This document shows, piece after piece, positions 11,657-23,668 of a DNA stretch of 33,670 bases. The notes under the pieces were generated by a model. The model was not told the origin of the DNA and ran no database searches. It saw only the letters and a list, made by a program, of their open reading frames with translations. Each line of letters opens with the position of its first letter. Position 1 is the stretch's first letter. Source of the DNA: Syncephalis fuscata S228 (taxonomy: Eukaryota > Fungi > Zoopagomycota); the NCBI GenBank assembly GCA_025786725.1, contig JAHLTZ010000078.1, positions 1 to 33,670 on the forward strand. Direction: 5' to 3'. The translations under genes were made by a program, and so were the position numbers.

Positions 11657-12754
11657 ACAAGCAACGACCTACAATTGAAATAGAATAATGGATAACATTA
11701 GAACTAGACCAGCATCAAGAGTTTTAATTAATAAAAGTTATTTTATTACAGTCCATCGTCTTTAGTTTACTAATTTACTCATGAATTTGAGTCAGACTAA
11801 ACAGTTTATATTTAAAAGGTTGTCATTGTTAATGTCGATACAATCAAATAGCATAATCCATTTTGAAAAAAATTGCTGTTGATGTTGGCACTATTAGCGC
11901 AAATTGATTATTTGTTTGTCTAATGACTCTAGTATATTATAAGTGATTAGTTTAGACAAGTTTAAAATGTCATAAACTCAACAGCATTGTATTTAGTTTA
12001 TTGCTTTTAATGAACAAAATAAATGCAGAATAGCAATGGATTATCATTTATAAATAAATGTCACAAATAAATAATAGTGTCAGCGATATATACTTGGATG
12101 TTCTGTACTGCACCATTAACACAGTGCATTATTTAATACGATTGCTCACACATTTACAACTAGCAAGTATTTATTGATCATATGATCGTAATTGCTGTTT
12201 TTATTGTTATTAATTGCTATCGATATTTGATATATATATTATTGTCCATTCACATACGATGTTAACAATTAGTTTAATAACACGGTTTATCCAATAGTCA
12301 CATCGTCATAGCAATACAAACATAACATCAAAATGGTAGCATTACGATAAGATATTTTATTGAAAATGGCCATTGTTTTTAACTTTTGAAATCACAGTTG
12401 TTTAGCTTTGTCATTAAAATCACTATGTTTGACTAGGATAGAATGGCATTACCATAGTGGATAGGATATAGAGCATAAGTATAATGGTTATGATGCTGTT
12501 TATTAGTTTTATTTTATTATGTGTTAAGTTTAATTTATTTTAAAAGCTTCTATTGTTTGAATCAAAGTATAATAGTATGATTATAGCAGATAATGTAATG
12601 TTTACTTTTGAATCTACACGGCCAAACAATTGTAAGAGTAATAGCTTAGCGATGAACAGATAGAATGAGGTAGATTACTAAGCAACTGAATAAAAACATG
12701 GCATTTCATTTAACGATAAGTGTAAAACAGTCTTTTTTGAATGTACGCCATAAA

Positions 12755-13546
12755 TACACGGTAAATTGTATGATTTTGTTTATGCTTGTTGGGCATGTTT
12801 TATTGAATAAAAACATAGCAATGTTTGTTTGATAAATAAAAAGTGATACGTTTCCAATATAAACTAGTAGGATATGTTGCAAAAAGAATAACCTGCAACA
12901 ATCCATCATAAACACTGGCACCAGCCACAATATTGGATCAGGAAAGGCAGTGTAAAAACAAAAAGGCTAATATAGCGCCTCAAAAACAACAATGCTTAGA
13001 AAAAAGTACTGATGAGTGAGATTGTTCGGGTTGGAAAAGAGCAAAGAATAAGACAATCAGCGGAGAGGGAACAGGACATACAGCTAATACAGCAATCATG
13101 TTGCCAAAGTCATTGCATGCTTTAGTTTTGCTATAGATTGCCACTATGAATCGTGCTAACAGCAGCCTGTACCGTCTCGACAGTAGCAAACCACACTGCC
13201 TTTGTTGAGATTGCAAAGCTGTTGTCAGATGACCTGTAATGGCGACCCATAGCAAAACAAAGCATACAACGAGATTTGCACGGTGCATATTCAACATAGC
13301 ATAAACAAAGCCAGAAATGCACTTAACGTGCCAATAAAGATGCCAATATCAATGATTGAAGTGAAAAGATGCTTTGTAAATATGTAAGATTACAAAAGAG
13401 CAATGCAAGGACATAAAGTAAATAGCATATATAGAGTGTACAAGTATATGCAATGTATATATGCTATCAAGTGTAAAGAAAGAGAAAGAGAAATGTGATG
13501 ACGTAGATTGTGAGATGTGAGCTTGTCAGTCAATATTTATAAACAG
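12755..13546 (+). repeat. Copy 2 of the diverged ~0.78 kb direct repeat
   Basis: Same anchors as 7781-8551. It contains minus-strand ORF 12980-13297, which has a hydrophobic N-terminus. Confidence 0.8.
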
Positions 13547-13728
13547 CCGAGTTTAATTGATTAATAAATGGAGTGTGAAATAATAAAAGTCGATCTACCC
13601 AGCCATTTGATAAATCATAGAACAGATTAATAGTAAATGATGACTATTCTATATAGTTGTCATTCTTTTCACTCCATCATCTTGCTCTCTACAATTCTTA
13701 GACTTTAATTGTTTACACTATCATCACA

Positions 13729-14585
13729 ATGGGTATTATGTTAACAAAGCTGTGGCGTTTATGGACAAGCGGTCAAAAACATAAGATTATTATTATTGGT
13801 CTGGACAATGCCGGCAAAACAACACTTCTATACCGACTGTAAGCTACTGTTGATTGAAGCTACGTTTACTAACGTTTACTACTTAAAGCTTGCTTAAACA
13901 GACTGTAACCACTTCACCCACTATTGGAAGTAACGTAGAAGTAAGTATTATAGAAGAATAAGCGCAAAACAGCTAATGCTTTGTTTAGGAAATTACTTAT
14001 AAAAACATTCAATTTGTTATGTGGGATCTGGGTGGACAAGAGTCTTTACGCGCTTCATGGTCCACCTATTTTGATAGTGCAGGTGTAAGTAATTGATAGA
14101 ACTAGTAAGGTGTCACTAAGCAAAAAAATATTTAGGCGGTAGTCATGGTGGTGGATAGCATGGATAAGAAACGAATGCCAGCTGTACGTGATGAATTGCA
14201 CCGACTTGTGGCACAAGAGGCAAGTGTTTTTAAGTAACATAAAACGATTATTTGCCTAACTATCATTGCAGAGTGTACAGGGTGCATGTATATTAGTGTT
14301 TGCTAATAAGCAAGACTTGGAAGGGGCATTAACTGCTGCTCAAGTATCGGAGGCTCTAGATCTTACTAGCCTTAAAGAGCACCCATGGCAGATCCAGGTA
14401 AGCAGTTATGGACCCATATAAAACAATGGCATAATTACTTATGTATACACCACTAGGCATGTTCTGCCATCAAAGGCGAAGGATTACACGAGGGACTTGA
14501 CTGGATTGTTAATCAACTAACTGGACATAGCGACAGTGACAATACTGGTGACCTTAAGGGAAAAGCCAGTGCTACTTCTTTTTAA
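13729..14585 (+). CDS. ARL5: Arf-family small GTPase, Arl5-like, 198 aa (exons 13729-13838, 13889-13940, 13989-14084, 14136-14219, 14272-14397, 14457-14585)
   Basis: Not in the ORF track. The spliced translation is [12 protein letters not shown]...[17 protein letters not shown]...[11 protein letters not shown]...[17 protein letters not shown]...FANKQD...[17 protein letters not shown]. '[10 protein letters not shown]' and 'GGQESLR.SW.TY' are Arl5 hallmarks. Exon lengths sum to 597 nt. Confidence 0.88.
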
Positions 14586-14638
14586 AAACAACATTTACAT
14601 TTTTTATTATTATTTCCTATCTACAATAATCAAGAAGA

Positions 14639-15755
14639 TTAAGCAGATGTATTGAATGGATGGTGTGCATGAGCTGTAGCCAGCAATCTTGTCACTTGTT
14701 CATTGGTTGTCTATAAAATTATATAATATATTATTATTATTAAAGCGTGTTTAATTAAATGTTAAAAAAGCTACCTGAGTAAAATCATCATAGAATCGAC
14801 CTATTATTATAGATTATTACACTGATTAAACAGCTTCTATTTATATTTACCAATGCTACTAAGATAAGTGGGACATGTCAGACAAATAACACGATCGGCT
14901 AGTTTGGCCATTGCTTGACAACTTTCAGGCGCACCCACAGGTGCTGCAACAATAAGCTGCTTTGGATGTCTATTAGATTATATATAATTTATATATATAG
15001 ATTATGTGTATAATTTATTAGTAATTATGTTTAAATAATTTGTAAATAAACTTACCCAGATCGCACACTTTGACACGCAACACGCATAGTTGCACCAGTG
15101 GCAATACCTGTAATGTAAATATTATTTAAAATTAATTTAATAAAAAATACAACTAGATTTTTACCATCTAATATTACAGTCAATATTAGTCATTACTAAA
15201 TAACGGCTATATTATTTGATATAGCTTACCATCAACTATTATTACTGTTTTGTTTATAATTGAAGGTGGAGATTTGCCCTGACGGTATATTTGCTCACGT
15301 TGGTTTATTTCCGCCAACTGTTAGATTAACAGCGGTTTATTAATATACATATTGGACGACTAAATAGACCTACCTCTCTATCTTTAACCTCTTCAGCTAT
15401 ACTGTCATCAATACCGGCCGCTTGACGAATTCCATCATTATATACAACAAAATCTCCTTCAGCAATAGCACCAAACGCCAATTCCTCATGACTAGGTAAT
15501 ATTATAGCTATTGCTATTTATTTGCAAAAATACACCTGCTTACCCGGGTACTCCTAGTTTACGTACAAGACACACGTCAAGAGGTGCGCCCAATCGTTGA
15601 GCTACGATCGATGCCACCGGCACACCACCACGAGGCAAAGCCAGTACAACGATGTCCTCGGGCGCCACATCGCTTAACTTCTCCATTAGACGATCAGCGA
15701 GCTGCTGTCCAGCATCTACACGATCTTTGAAGCAAATATTTTGATTATACAGCAT
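14639..15755 (-). CDS. Prokaryote-type predicted phosphoribosyltransferase (COG1926-like), 229 aa, 8 exons (15755-15544, 15491-15374, 15317-15230, 15167-15165, 15107-15056, 14969-14851, 14800-14775, 14710-14639)
   Basis: The spliced protein has F.DR.DAG..LA, 'VLALPRGGVPVA', 'VRKLGVPGHEELAFGAIAE', the PRPP loop 'VIIVDDGIATGATM', 'VAAPV' and 'IGRFYDDFTQ'. Exon lengths sum to 690 nt. Confidence 0.9.
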
Positions 15756-15934
15756 AATTAAAGCTATGAGAAAGAGTAATATTAAATTGAAACGGTTTCA
15801 AATAATTGCTTATAGGTCTAATGTGTGTTATGTGACGTTTACGATGATTGGCCATATCTGATCAAACTGAGAAATTAGTCATTATTATTATTTCTTTTCA
15901 CCTTCTTTCTTCTGCCATTGTGCCCATCGTTGCT

Positions 15935-17655
15935 ATGGATTCACCCTTGTCAGCCACGTTGTCGCCAACGAGTACAGCGCAGTCTGTGCAGAATTCGCCA
16001 AAAAAATCGACAAAGGAGATGTCGAAGAAGGAACGACGTGAATTACAGGTAAGTTGACGAGATCACTAGCTACTTGATGTTGATTATGGATCCAATACTT
16101 AAGGAACGTCAACGAGCGGAAAAAGCCGCCCAAAAACAAGGCATCACTCCAGATAATAAGGGAAAGAAGGTGGTAAAGCCGGCACCCGCTACTAATGCAC
16201 CTTCAACGGCCACTACTGCCTCTACTAGTGGAGGTACAGCGACTACTGCTACAGCAAAAAGCAAACGTAGTCTATTTGACCAAGAGTATCCATCGCTAGT
16301 GGCTCATTTAAGTGTTGCAAAGGGGGTCACTAGCAAGGCAGATAAGGATGTCCATCCGGCTATCCTCGCCCTTGGACTAGCCTACTCGGAATATCGTATT
16401 TGTGGCAGTAATGCACGTTGTGTTGCGTTACTTGGTGCTTTAAAGAAAGTAAGTAGCTATTATTAGTACCATTACTATGGTATACTAAATGATAATGAAC
16501 TAGGTTATTAGAGATTATCAAACACCGCCTAATGTGCATATATCTCGTCATTTACAAACTTATTTATCACCACAAATCAACTTTCTAGTGGGTATGCGAC
16601 CATTATCAGTCAGCATGGGCAATGCTATTCGCTACTTAAAATACGAGATTTCTATACTAGATGTTGATACTTCTGATGAAGAGGTAATATATATATATAT
16701 ACAGATATATATATATTTATTAACGATAATGATAACTATTATTATATCAAACACAATTAGAGCAAGAAACATATTATCGGTCGTATTGATGCATTTATCA
16801 ATGAGCGAATCTTACGAGCCGATGAAGAAATAGTAGAACATGCAGTTCGCAAGATACAAAATGGTGATGTTATTTTGACATTTGCACGGTAAGAAGTAGA
16901 ATAAATATAATAAATTAGGTATATAATAATGTGTATTAGATCATCGGCTGTACAACAAGTTTTAATGGCTGCTAAAGAACGAGGCATTAAGTTTAAAGTC
17001 ATTGTTGTCGATTCCCGTCCATTATTAGAAGGTGAATGGACTGTACTTATTGTATTAGTGCTACTAATTAATAGTTTATTAATTGGCTAAATAGGAAAGA
17101 AATTGTTGACGGCACTTAATGCTGTGGGTATTGATTGTACCTACACTTGGTTAAATGGTCTATCAATTGCTATGGAGAATGTAAGTCATTTAGTAATTGC
17201 TGAATAAAGATTGCTTATTTTGTTTACAACTAGGCCACTAAAGTATTCCTCGGTGCACATGCTATGCTGTCCAATGGTGCAATGATATCACGAGCAGGCA
17301 CAGCATCAGTGGCATTGGCCGCTCATGAACGGCGAGTACCTGTTCTTGTTTGTTGTGAGACTTATAAATTCACAGATCGTGTGCAAATGGATTCATTTGT
17401 ATGGAATGAATTGGGTAAATATACGTTTAACGTTAAATAGCATTAATTGATCAATGATTAAATATAGGTCGTCCATCAACAATTTTAAATACACCCAATG
17501 AAAGTCCACTTCATAGTGTAGTTGACAATCCACGTCTTAAACTACTTTGCATGACCTATGATGTTACACCACCTTCTCTCATGAACTTGGTGGTGACAGA
17601 TATTGGCATGATTCCATGTGAAAGTGTTTCAATGGTGTTACGCGAATACAAGTAA
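15935..17655 (+). CDS. GCD2: Translation initiation factor eIF2B delta subunit, multi-exon
   Basis: '[17 protein letters not shown]', '[10 protein letters not shown]....RICGSNARC', '[15 protein letters not shown]', '[10 protein letters not shown]', '[12 protein letters not shown]', '[21 protein letters not shown]', 'YDVTP' and 'VLREYK*'. Confidence 0.93.
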
Positions 17656-17866
17656 GTGGTTAAATAGATGTAATAAACTGTTACTAACACGATTGACGCG
17701 TTATAATAGACCCATGACACAGCAATAAGTGTCGTTTACTTGGTTTATCTATTCCATCTGCCCATTTGACTATGCCTACTCGTTGACATGCACACATACA
17801 TATACACATTTATCTATTATCATTTTAAAAGAATATTCCTATTGTTTAAAAATTAATGACCACCCA

Positions 17867-18381
17867 TTACATCATATATGTCTTGTCTGGTCGAGTAATG
17901 ATATCTTTCAATTTGTCTCCTAGCTTGATGGTTGTTTGACGAATAACCCGTGTATCAATACGCAAATTATCCGTTAATTCTTTTACAGTGGCGGGGTTTG
18001 CATCAAAGTGCATTAACCAATAGCTAGAAGAAGCGAAGACGCGATCAGTATTGTTACATGTATATTCTAGTCTCTGTATTTGTTGTAGATAACAACAACA
18101 CTTCTACTCACTGGCCTCGGTGATGATAGAGCTGGTGACGTTTCATACGGTAGGGCAATTCACGTTCTCCTAGATTAACAAAGCCACGTACCACGCCGCC
18201 ATTCTGTAGAATAGAACGCGCGCTTGTTCGGAGTAGATCTCCTAACTGTGCCTAATAATCAATACATGATCATAGATAAGTAAGAAGATCAACAACATGC
18301 TGTGTCTTCATGTATACCTAGATCTACACTTACCGTTTGTATTCTACCGCGTGAAATGCAGACAAGTTCGTAGAATGGCAT
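17867..18381 (-). CDS. MRP17: Mitochondrial ribosomal protein bS6m (3 exons)
   Basis: Not in the ORF track. Spliced translation: MPFYELVCISRG...ILQNGGVVRGFVNLGERELPYRMKRHQLYHHRGHYWLMHFDANP...LRIDTRVIR. Confidence 0.88.
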
Positions 18382-18898
18382 AGTGGCGAAAGGAAAGATT
18401 AAAATGATATCTAAGAAAAGTAAAAAAATTGAATTAAATCAAATAACTATATTATTTACACTGAATCATAGTAACACTTGAGTTAATTAATAGCTATACG
18501 TAGTCATAAATGAATTGGATTTCTATAACATAGCTAATATCTTTACAATAAAACTGACAGTAATTATTACAATATCAATTAAACTTGTTGAAGTGGCGGT
18601 GTATTTAATTAAATAGCTAATATTAATAAATGTAAATTATGTACCAATAACGATTGGACTAATTGTATGAATGGTAATAGATATACAATTAAGAATTAAT
18701 AATAACAACATACAATATCTTAATAATGCCATATAATAATACTAATAGTAAAACATTACGAATACTTGATGTATGTGACTGATGGTCTCAAAAACATATC
18801 CTTTTTCTTTTCCCAGTAACTACCTCATCTCATCTATTTTTTTGATATAGCTATTTTGTTATTGAAAGATCTACATATACAACTAGTGTCCATTGACC

Positions 18899-21096
18899 AT
18901 GTCTGGCTTGTACGAGTAAGTAACGGGTTGCTATTTAATGTAGATGATCAGTCTCTAATCAACATTATCTTATACAAGGGCTCTGCCTAAGCCAGTGTAT
19001 ACCACTGAAACGACTAAACCAACGCCACGATCTGGCTCTGCTTCGGATGCCTCTTCAGTGCTGTCAACTGCGATTACTTTAGTAGGAAATAGCAATACGA
19101 GACAAATACCACCTTATGGACAGCGACAAAGTTATCTGCCTAGAGCAGAAGCTGATTTTGGTGATGGCGGTGCTTTTCCAGAAATCCACATTCCTCAGTA
19201 TCCTTTAGGCATGGGCCGCAAGAAAGTGAGTATCTATCGGTACTAATAAGCTAAACGCACTATTTAGCAATACTAATACTTGCGTACCACTCTATATTGC
19301 TATTGCATAGGATGCGGCTGGTAAAACATTAGCTCTGCAAGTAGACGCAGAAGGCAATGTTCGTTATGACGCAGTAGTACGACAAGGACATGACAAAGAT
19401 CGCATTATCCAGTCACAGTTTCGCGATCTAGTGCCATTGAGAAATAGAGCTGATGCTGGAGAAGTATCATTGGAAAAGCCCGATGAGGACGCGATCCAGG
19501 AAACAACCGATCGTACAAGAGCTGCACTAGAGAAGATTATTACAGGTAATATGGCGTGTGTGATGTATTTGTTATTACTATGGGCTAATTTTTATTAATA
19601 TTTAGGCAAAATTGCTGCGGCCAAGCCAAAAAATGTTAATGTTGAAAAGAAAGAGGCTACGTATATTCGATATACGCCTGGCCAACAAATGGATAGTCAT
19701 AATTCAGGTGCTAAACAGCGTATTATTCGTATGTCAGAAATGCCTGTAGATCCAATGATGCCACCGAAATTCAAACACACAAAAGTGCCACAAGGTAATT
19801 AAAGGCTTATATAAAATGATGAAATAGAAGGCAGTTTATTAATATGATTATTTATAGCTCCACCCTCACCTCCACCACCTGTATTACACTCACCACCGCG
19901 TAAACTGACGGCTGATCAACAAAAGGATTGGGTCATTCCACCATGTGTATCGAATTGGAAGAATCCTAAAGGTTTTACCATTGCATTGGATAAACGATTG
20001 GCTGCAGATGGTCGTGGCTTACAAGAAGTGACGATTAACGATAAGTTTGCCAATCTTGCCGAAGCGTTTATTGCGGCGGAACGACATGCCAGAGAAGAAA
20101 TCCGCTTACGTGCAAAGATGCAGCAAGTATTGGCACAGAAGGAAAAGGTTGCCAAAGAGGAGAATCTACGTTTATTGGCTCAACGTGCGCGCGAAGAACG
20201 GTAAGTCGGCATTAATGGTAAATCTATAACAGCTTATACATAATGCATTCATAGAGCGGGAGCCATGGGCGGAGAAGGCAATGGCAAACAGCCTGCCGAT
20301 CAATCGGATGAGGATGGTGAACACGCGGAGGATGCAGAAATGCAGGAGCGTGAAGCATTGCGCAGAGAACGAGCACACGAGCGTCAACGAGATAGTCGAT
20401 TGTCGCGTATGGGTGCAGAACAAAAGGCCAAGCATATTGCTAGGTACGCATATGAGACTATGATGAGTATTTTTTTATTAATAGTGGCGATATAGAGAGC
20501 AAGGTCGAGACATTTCGGAAAAGATTGCACTTGGCTTGGCCAAACCAACTGTCTCAAAAGAGAGTATGTTTGACCAGCGTCTCTATAATCAGTCGGCGGG
20601 TCTTGACTCTGGTTTCCGTGGTGATGATGTTTACGATACATACGATAAACCGCTATTCCGTGGCACGGCTAATGCCACTATCTACCGCCCTACAGTAGGC
20701 CAGGATGATGATCAGTATGGTGGTGGTAATGCAGAAGAGATTGGAAGTATGCTAGGCAATGAACGATTTAGCGCGGCCGGTTTGGGTGCATCTCGAGAAA
20801 CAATAGAAGGCGGGGTAAGTTTAATCGACTAAATAACTACGAGCTTATTACAATATAGATGCTGACGATAATGATGTTAAATAGTCACGCGATGGTCCAG
20901 TGCAATTTGAGAAGGAACGAGTTCAGCGAATGGATCCATTTGGTACGGATAAATTATTGGCTGACGTGAAACATGGTAAACGCAGTCTAGAGTATGGACT
21001 ATCGTAAGTTATATGAGCCATTACTTAGATAATAGATACTGATATTGTGACAATTATTTTAGTAATGATGAGCGGTCTAAACGAACAAGAGATTAA
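18899..21096 (+). CDS. PRP45: Spliceosomal SKIP/SNW1 protein, multi-exon
   Basis: 'DFGDGGAFPEIH..QYPLGMGR', 'LQVDAEGNVRYD', 'YIRYTP', 'PPSPPPPVLHSPPRK', 'WVIPPCVSNWKNPKGFTIALDKRLAADGRGL', 'RDISEKIALG' and 'DGPVQFEK'. Confidence 0.95.
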
Positions 21097-21906
21097 TAAA
21101 TTTATAAATATATTCAAAATAAAATCTGTTTGTAGCAACTATATACTAAATCATATGTGTGTGTATTTATTAAACTAACTTATTAGCAATAAATATTAAA
21201 CTAGAATGCATGTTATTTAATTAAACTGATATTTGTTAGCTATTATGCTAGACAGATTGCTACATCTATCGTTTATCAAGTTTAACTAGTTGACCCATAA
21301 TTGATTTATACCATTTTTGAATACTATAATACTGCGCTGTTTATTTAGTAGTGTTGGGGCGATTACAAATAATCTTGGTTGTTTATTTTATTTTAATGGT
21401 TTAGTCATCTAGATACATATATTATTACTAATGTTGCTAGTAAAGATCTGATAATAACCAGACATAAAAATTGAATGCATATAATAATAGCATTACAATG
21501 AGTGAGATAAAACCAAAAAAAGGTGATGGTAAAAATAAGCAGCATTTGTAATGATTCGCTCAATGCATACTGTCTACAATGTGATTGTATAGTTGCACCA
21601 AGAGATGATACATTTCATTATTCATAGTAGTAGCAATTCAAGTGCTATTTAATATAATTAATATAGAATATTACGCAGTGTATCTTGCTATAGCGAGATA
21701 TCCAACAATACTGTAGCTCATTATAGTAGTGTTTATGTTTATGTGCAAATACTATAATAATGACACTGTACAATATAATAATGCTTAATAATGAAGGTTT
21801 ATTAAACAATTGCAATAGTCGTTAATAAACGGATTGCATTGTTTATAAACAGCTTCCGCTGGCTAATGTTTAATAAGCTATCCCAATAGTGGTTTTTGTT
21901 GATTGA

Positions 21907-22095
21907 CTAATAACGGTAGCCCCAACGACCGGTACCGTCGCCGTTGTCCTTGCACTGGTAAGCACCCACAGGCTTAGCGCCAACAACACATGGCGAACCG
22001 TTGGTGGGTGGTTTGGTGAATCCTGGTACGGCTTCAACTGAGACGACGGCGACCAAAAGGGCAGCGGCGGCAATGATTACACTGGTGAACTTCAT
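21907..22095 (-). CDS. Small secreted two-cysteine peptide, paralog A (62 aa)
   Basis: MKFTSVIIAAAALLVAVVSVEA signal peptide plus a 40-aa mature part. The ATG is in aacATG context, a TATAAA lies ~125 bp upstream, and a paralog is at 23480-23668. Confidence 0.85.
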   Translation of the reverse strand: MKFTSVIIAAAALLVAVVSVEAVPGFTKPPTNGSPCVVGAKPVGAYQCKDNGDGTGRWGYRY

Positions 22096-23479
22096 GTTGA
22101 TTAGTTGGTAGTAGATTGAGTAGTGTATGTTGGATACAATTAGATTAAAATAGCGAGTCAAACTAGATACTTGTGTGTGTGTGCTGCGTTAATTGACATG
22201 CATATCAGCTTGGATATTTATACTATAATTTGTCAAGGAAATCCACCATAACTATACATTCATTGAATAATACGACGCCATTCATACTAATGATGGCAAA
22301 TACTTGATTTAGAAAGTAGCCTTGGCTTATTGAGAAAATATCACTTGATTATAGATTTAGTCAGATTCAAGTATTATACAATAGAATACTTGCTTGCTAA
22401 ATTCGCGTAAGACGTGGGAACCAGTGTGATACGGCAAAACATTTAAAATCATGACTGCTTTGTTCATGTAAATTAGCAGTAATACGTTTACTACTAGTAT
22501 TGATTACTGTAATGTCGGGCTGCTGTATATTGATATAGTATCAAGCGCAATTAATCAAATGATTAAATCAAATGGCCTCGCTCGATTACAAATTAAATAC
22601 TAGTACACGTACACAGTTCTTCATACAAAAACCTTATGATAAATTCTGGCATCCATACTTGTTTTAATTGCACTATTAGGCAGGCGTATTACCTAAATTG
22701 CCTACATTTAGTTTAAATTCCGATATTCTAAAAATAATATTTCATTTGTGGAGAGCAAATCGCACATGTTAGCTACGGCATAAGAAATACCCTATTGGCT
22801 AAGCTAATGTCATGCCAAAATAATAATATCAGTCGACTTAATATGGCACAATATGACGTCAAATACAAGCTTATCCGAGGATTAGCTAAAAATAACCACT
22901 GGTATATACAGTATTAGCGGTAAACCTATGAATAACAAGCATTCAAATGCAAAGTTCTTTCATTCTATTTTTAAATTTTATATGGGAGGCTAAACAAAGC
23001 AATAATAAAACCATCAATTAGTATAGGTCTAAAATTAATAAACAATATACCGCCTAATAAATATTTAAATAAAATTTGCTTGTAAACTAGCAAGACTAAG
23101 CGCATTTAACTCTGTATTTGGTTTATACAGTAAAGCGAAGTTTTAATATTAAATATTGTGGCTTTATTTCAAAAAAACAACCTAAATTATTGCTAATTTT
23201 ACTGTTATTATGTCTACTTGATCCTTATGTTTTAATAGCTATAAAATATATATTATTTTTATAAAAGACTTAGTCATTATTCATATTATTATAATGTTAT
23301 TTGATTAACATGCTGCTCCGTATCAACTAATCATTAGACTAGCACATATTACTATAACATGTTTGAGCATTGTATATATATAATAAATAGTTTATTATAA
23401 ACAATTACAGCAATAGCTGTTAATAAGTAGTTTGCATATAGCTGTATAAACTATTGCTATATCAGTGTTCGCTGGCTAT

Positions 23480-23668
23480 TTAGTATTTCCAGCCCCAAGT
23501 ACCAACAGCATCGTTGCCTTCCATACATACGCGGCCGTCCGGGTTTACGGAACCAATGATACATGAACTAACGGTGATAGGTGGTCTGATAGTTAGTGGA
23601 GCAGCCTTGACCGAGACGACAGCGACCAAGAGAGCGGTAGCAGCAATAATGACAGTGGTAAACTTCAT
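23480..23668 (-). CDS. Small secreted two-cysteine peptide, paralog B (62 aa)
   Basis: MKFTTVIIAATALLVAVVSVKA signal peptide plus a 40-aa mature part. Cys36, Cys48 and the G.WG..Y terminus align with paralog A without gaps. Confidence 0.85.
   Translation of the reverse strand: MKFTTVIIAATALLVAVVSVKAAPLTIRPPITVSSCIIGSVNPDGRVCMEGNDAVGTWGWKY

Noticed and set aside
7781-13546. The direct repeats about 5 kb apart as LTRs of a copia element (their end reads TGTT on the minus strand)
   Set aside because: No PBS, polypurine tract, TSD or pol remnant is visible between them; the interior holds a CAP gene.
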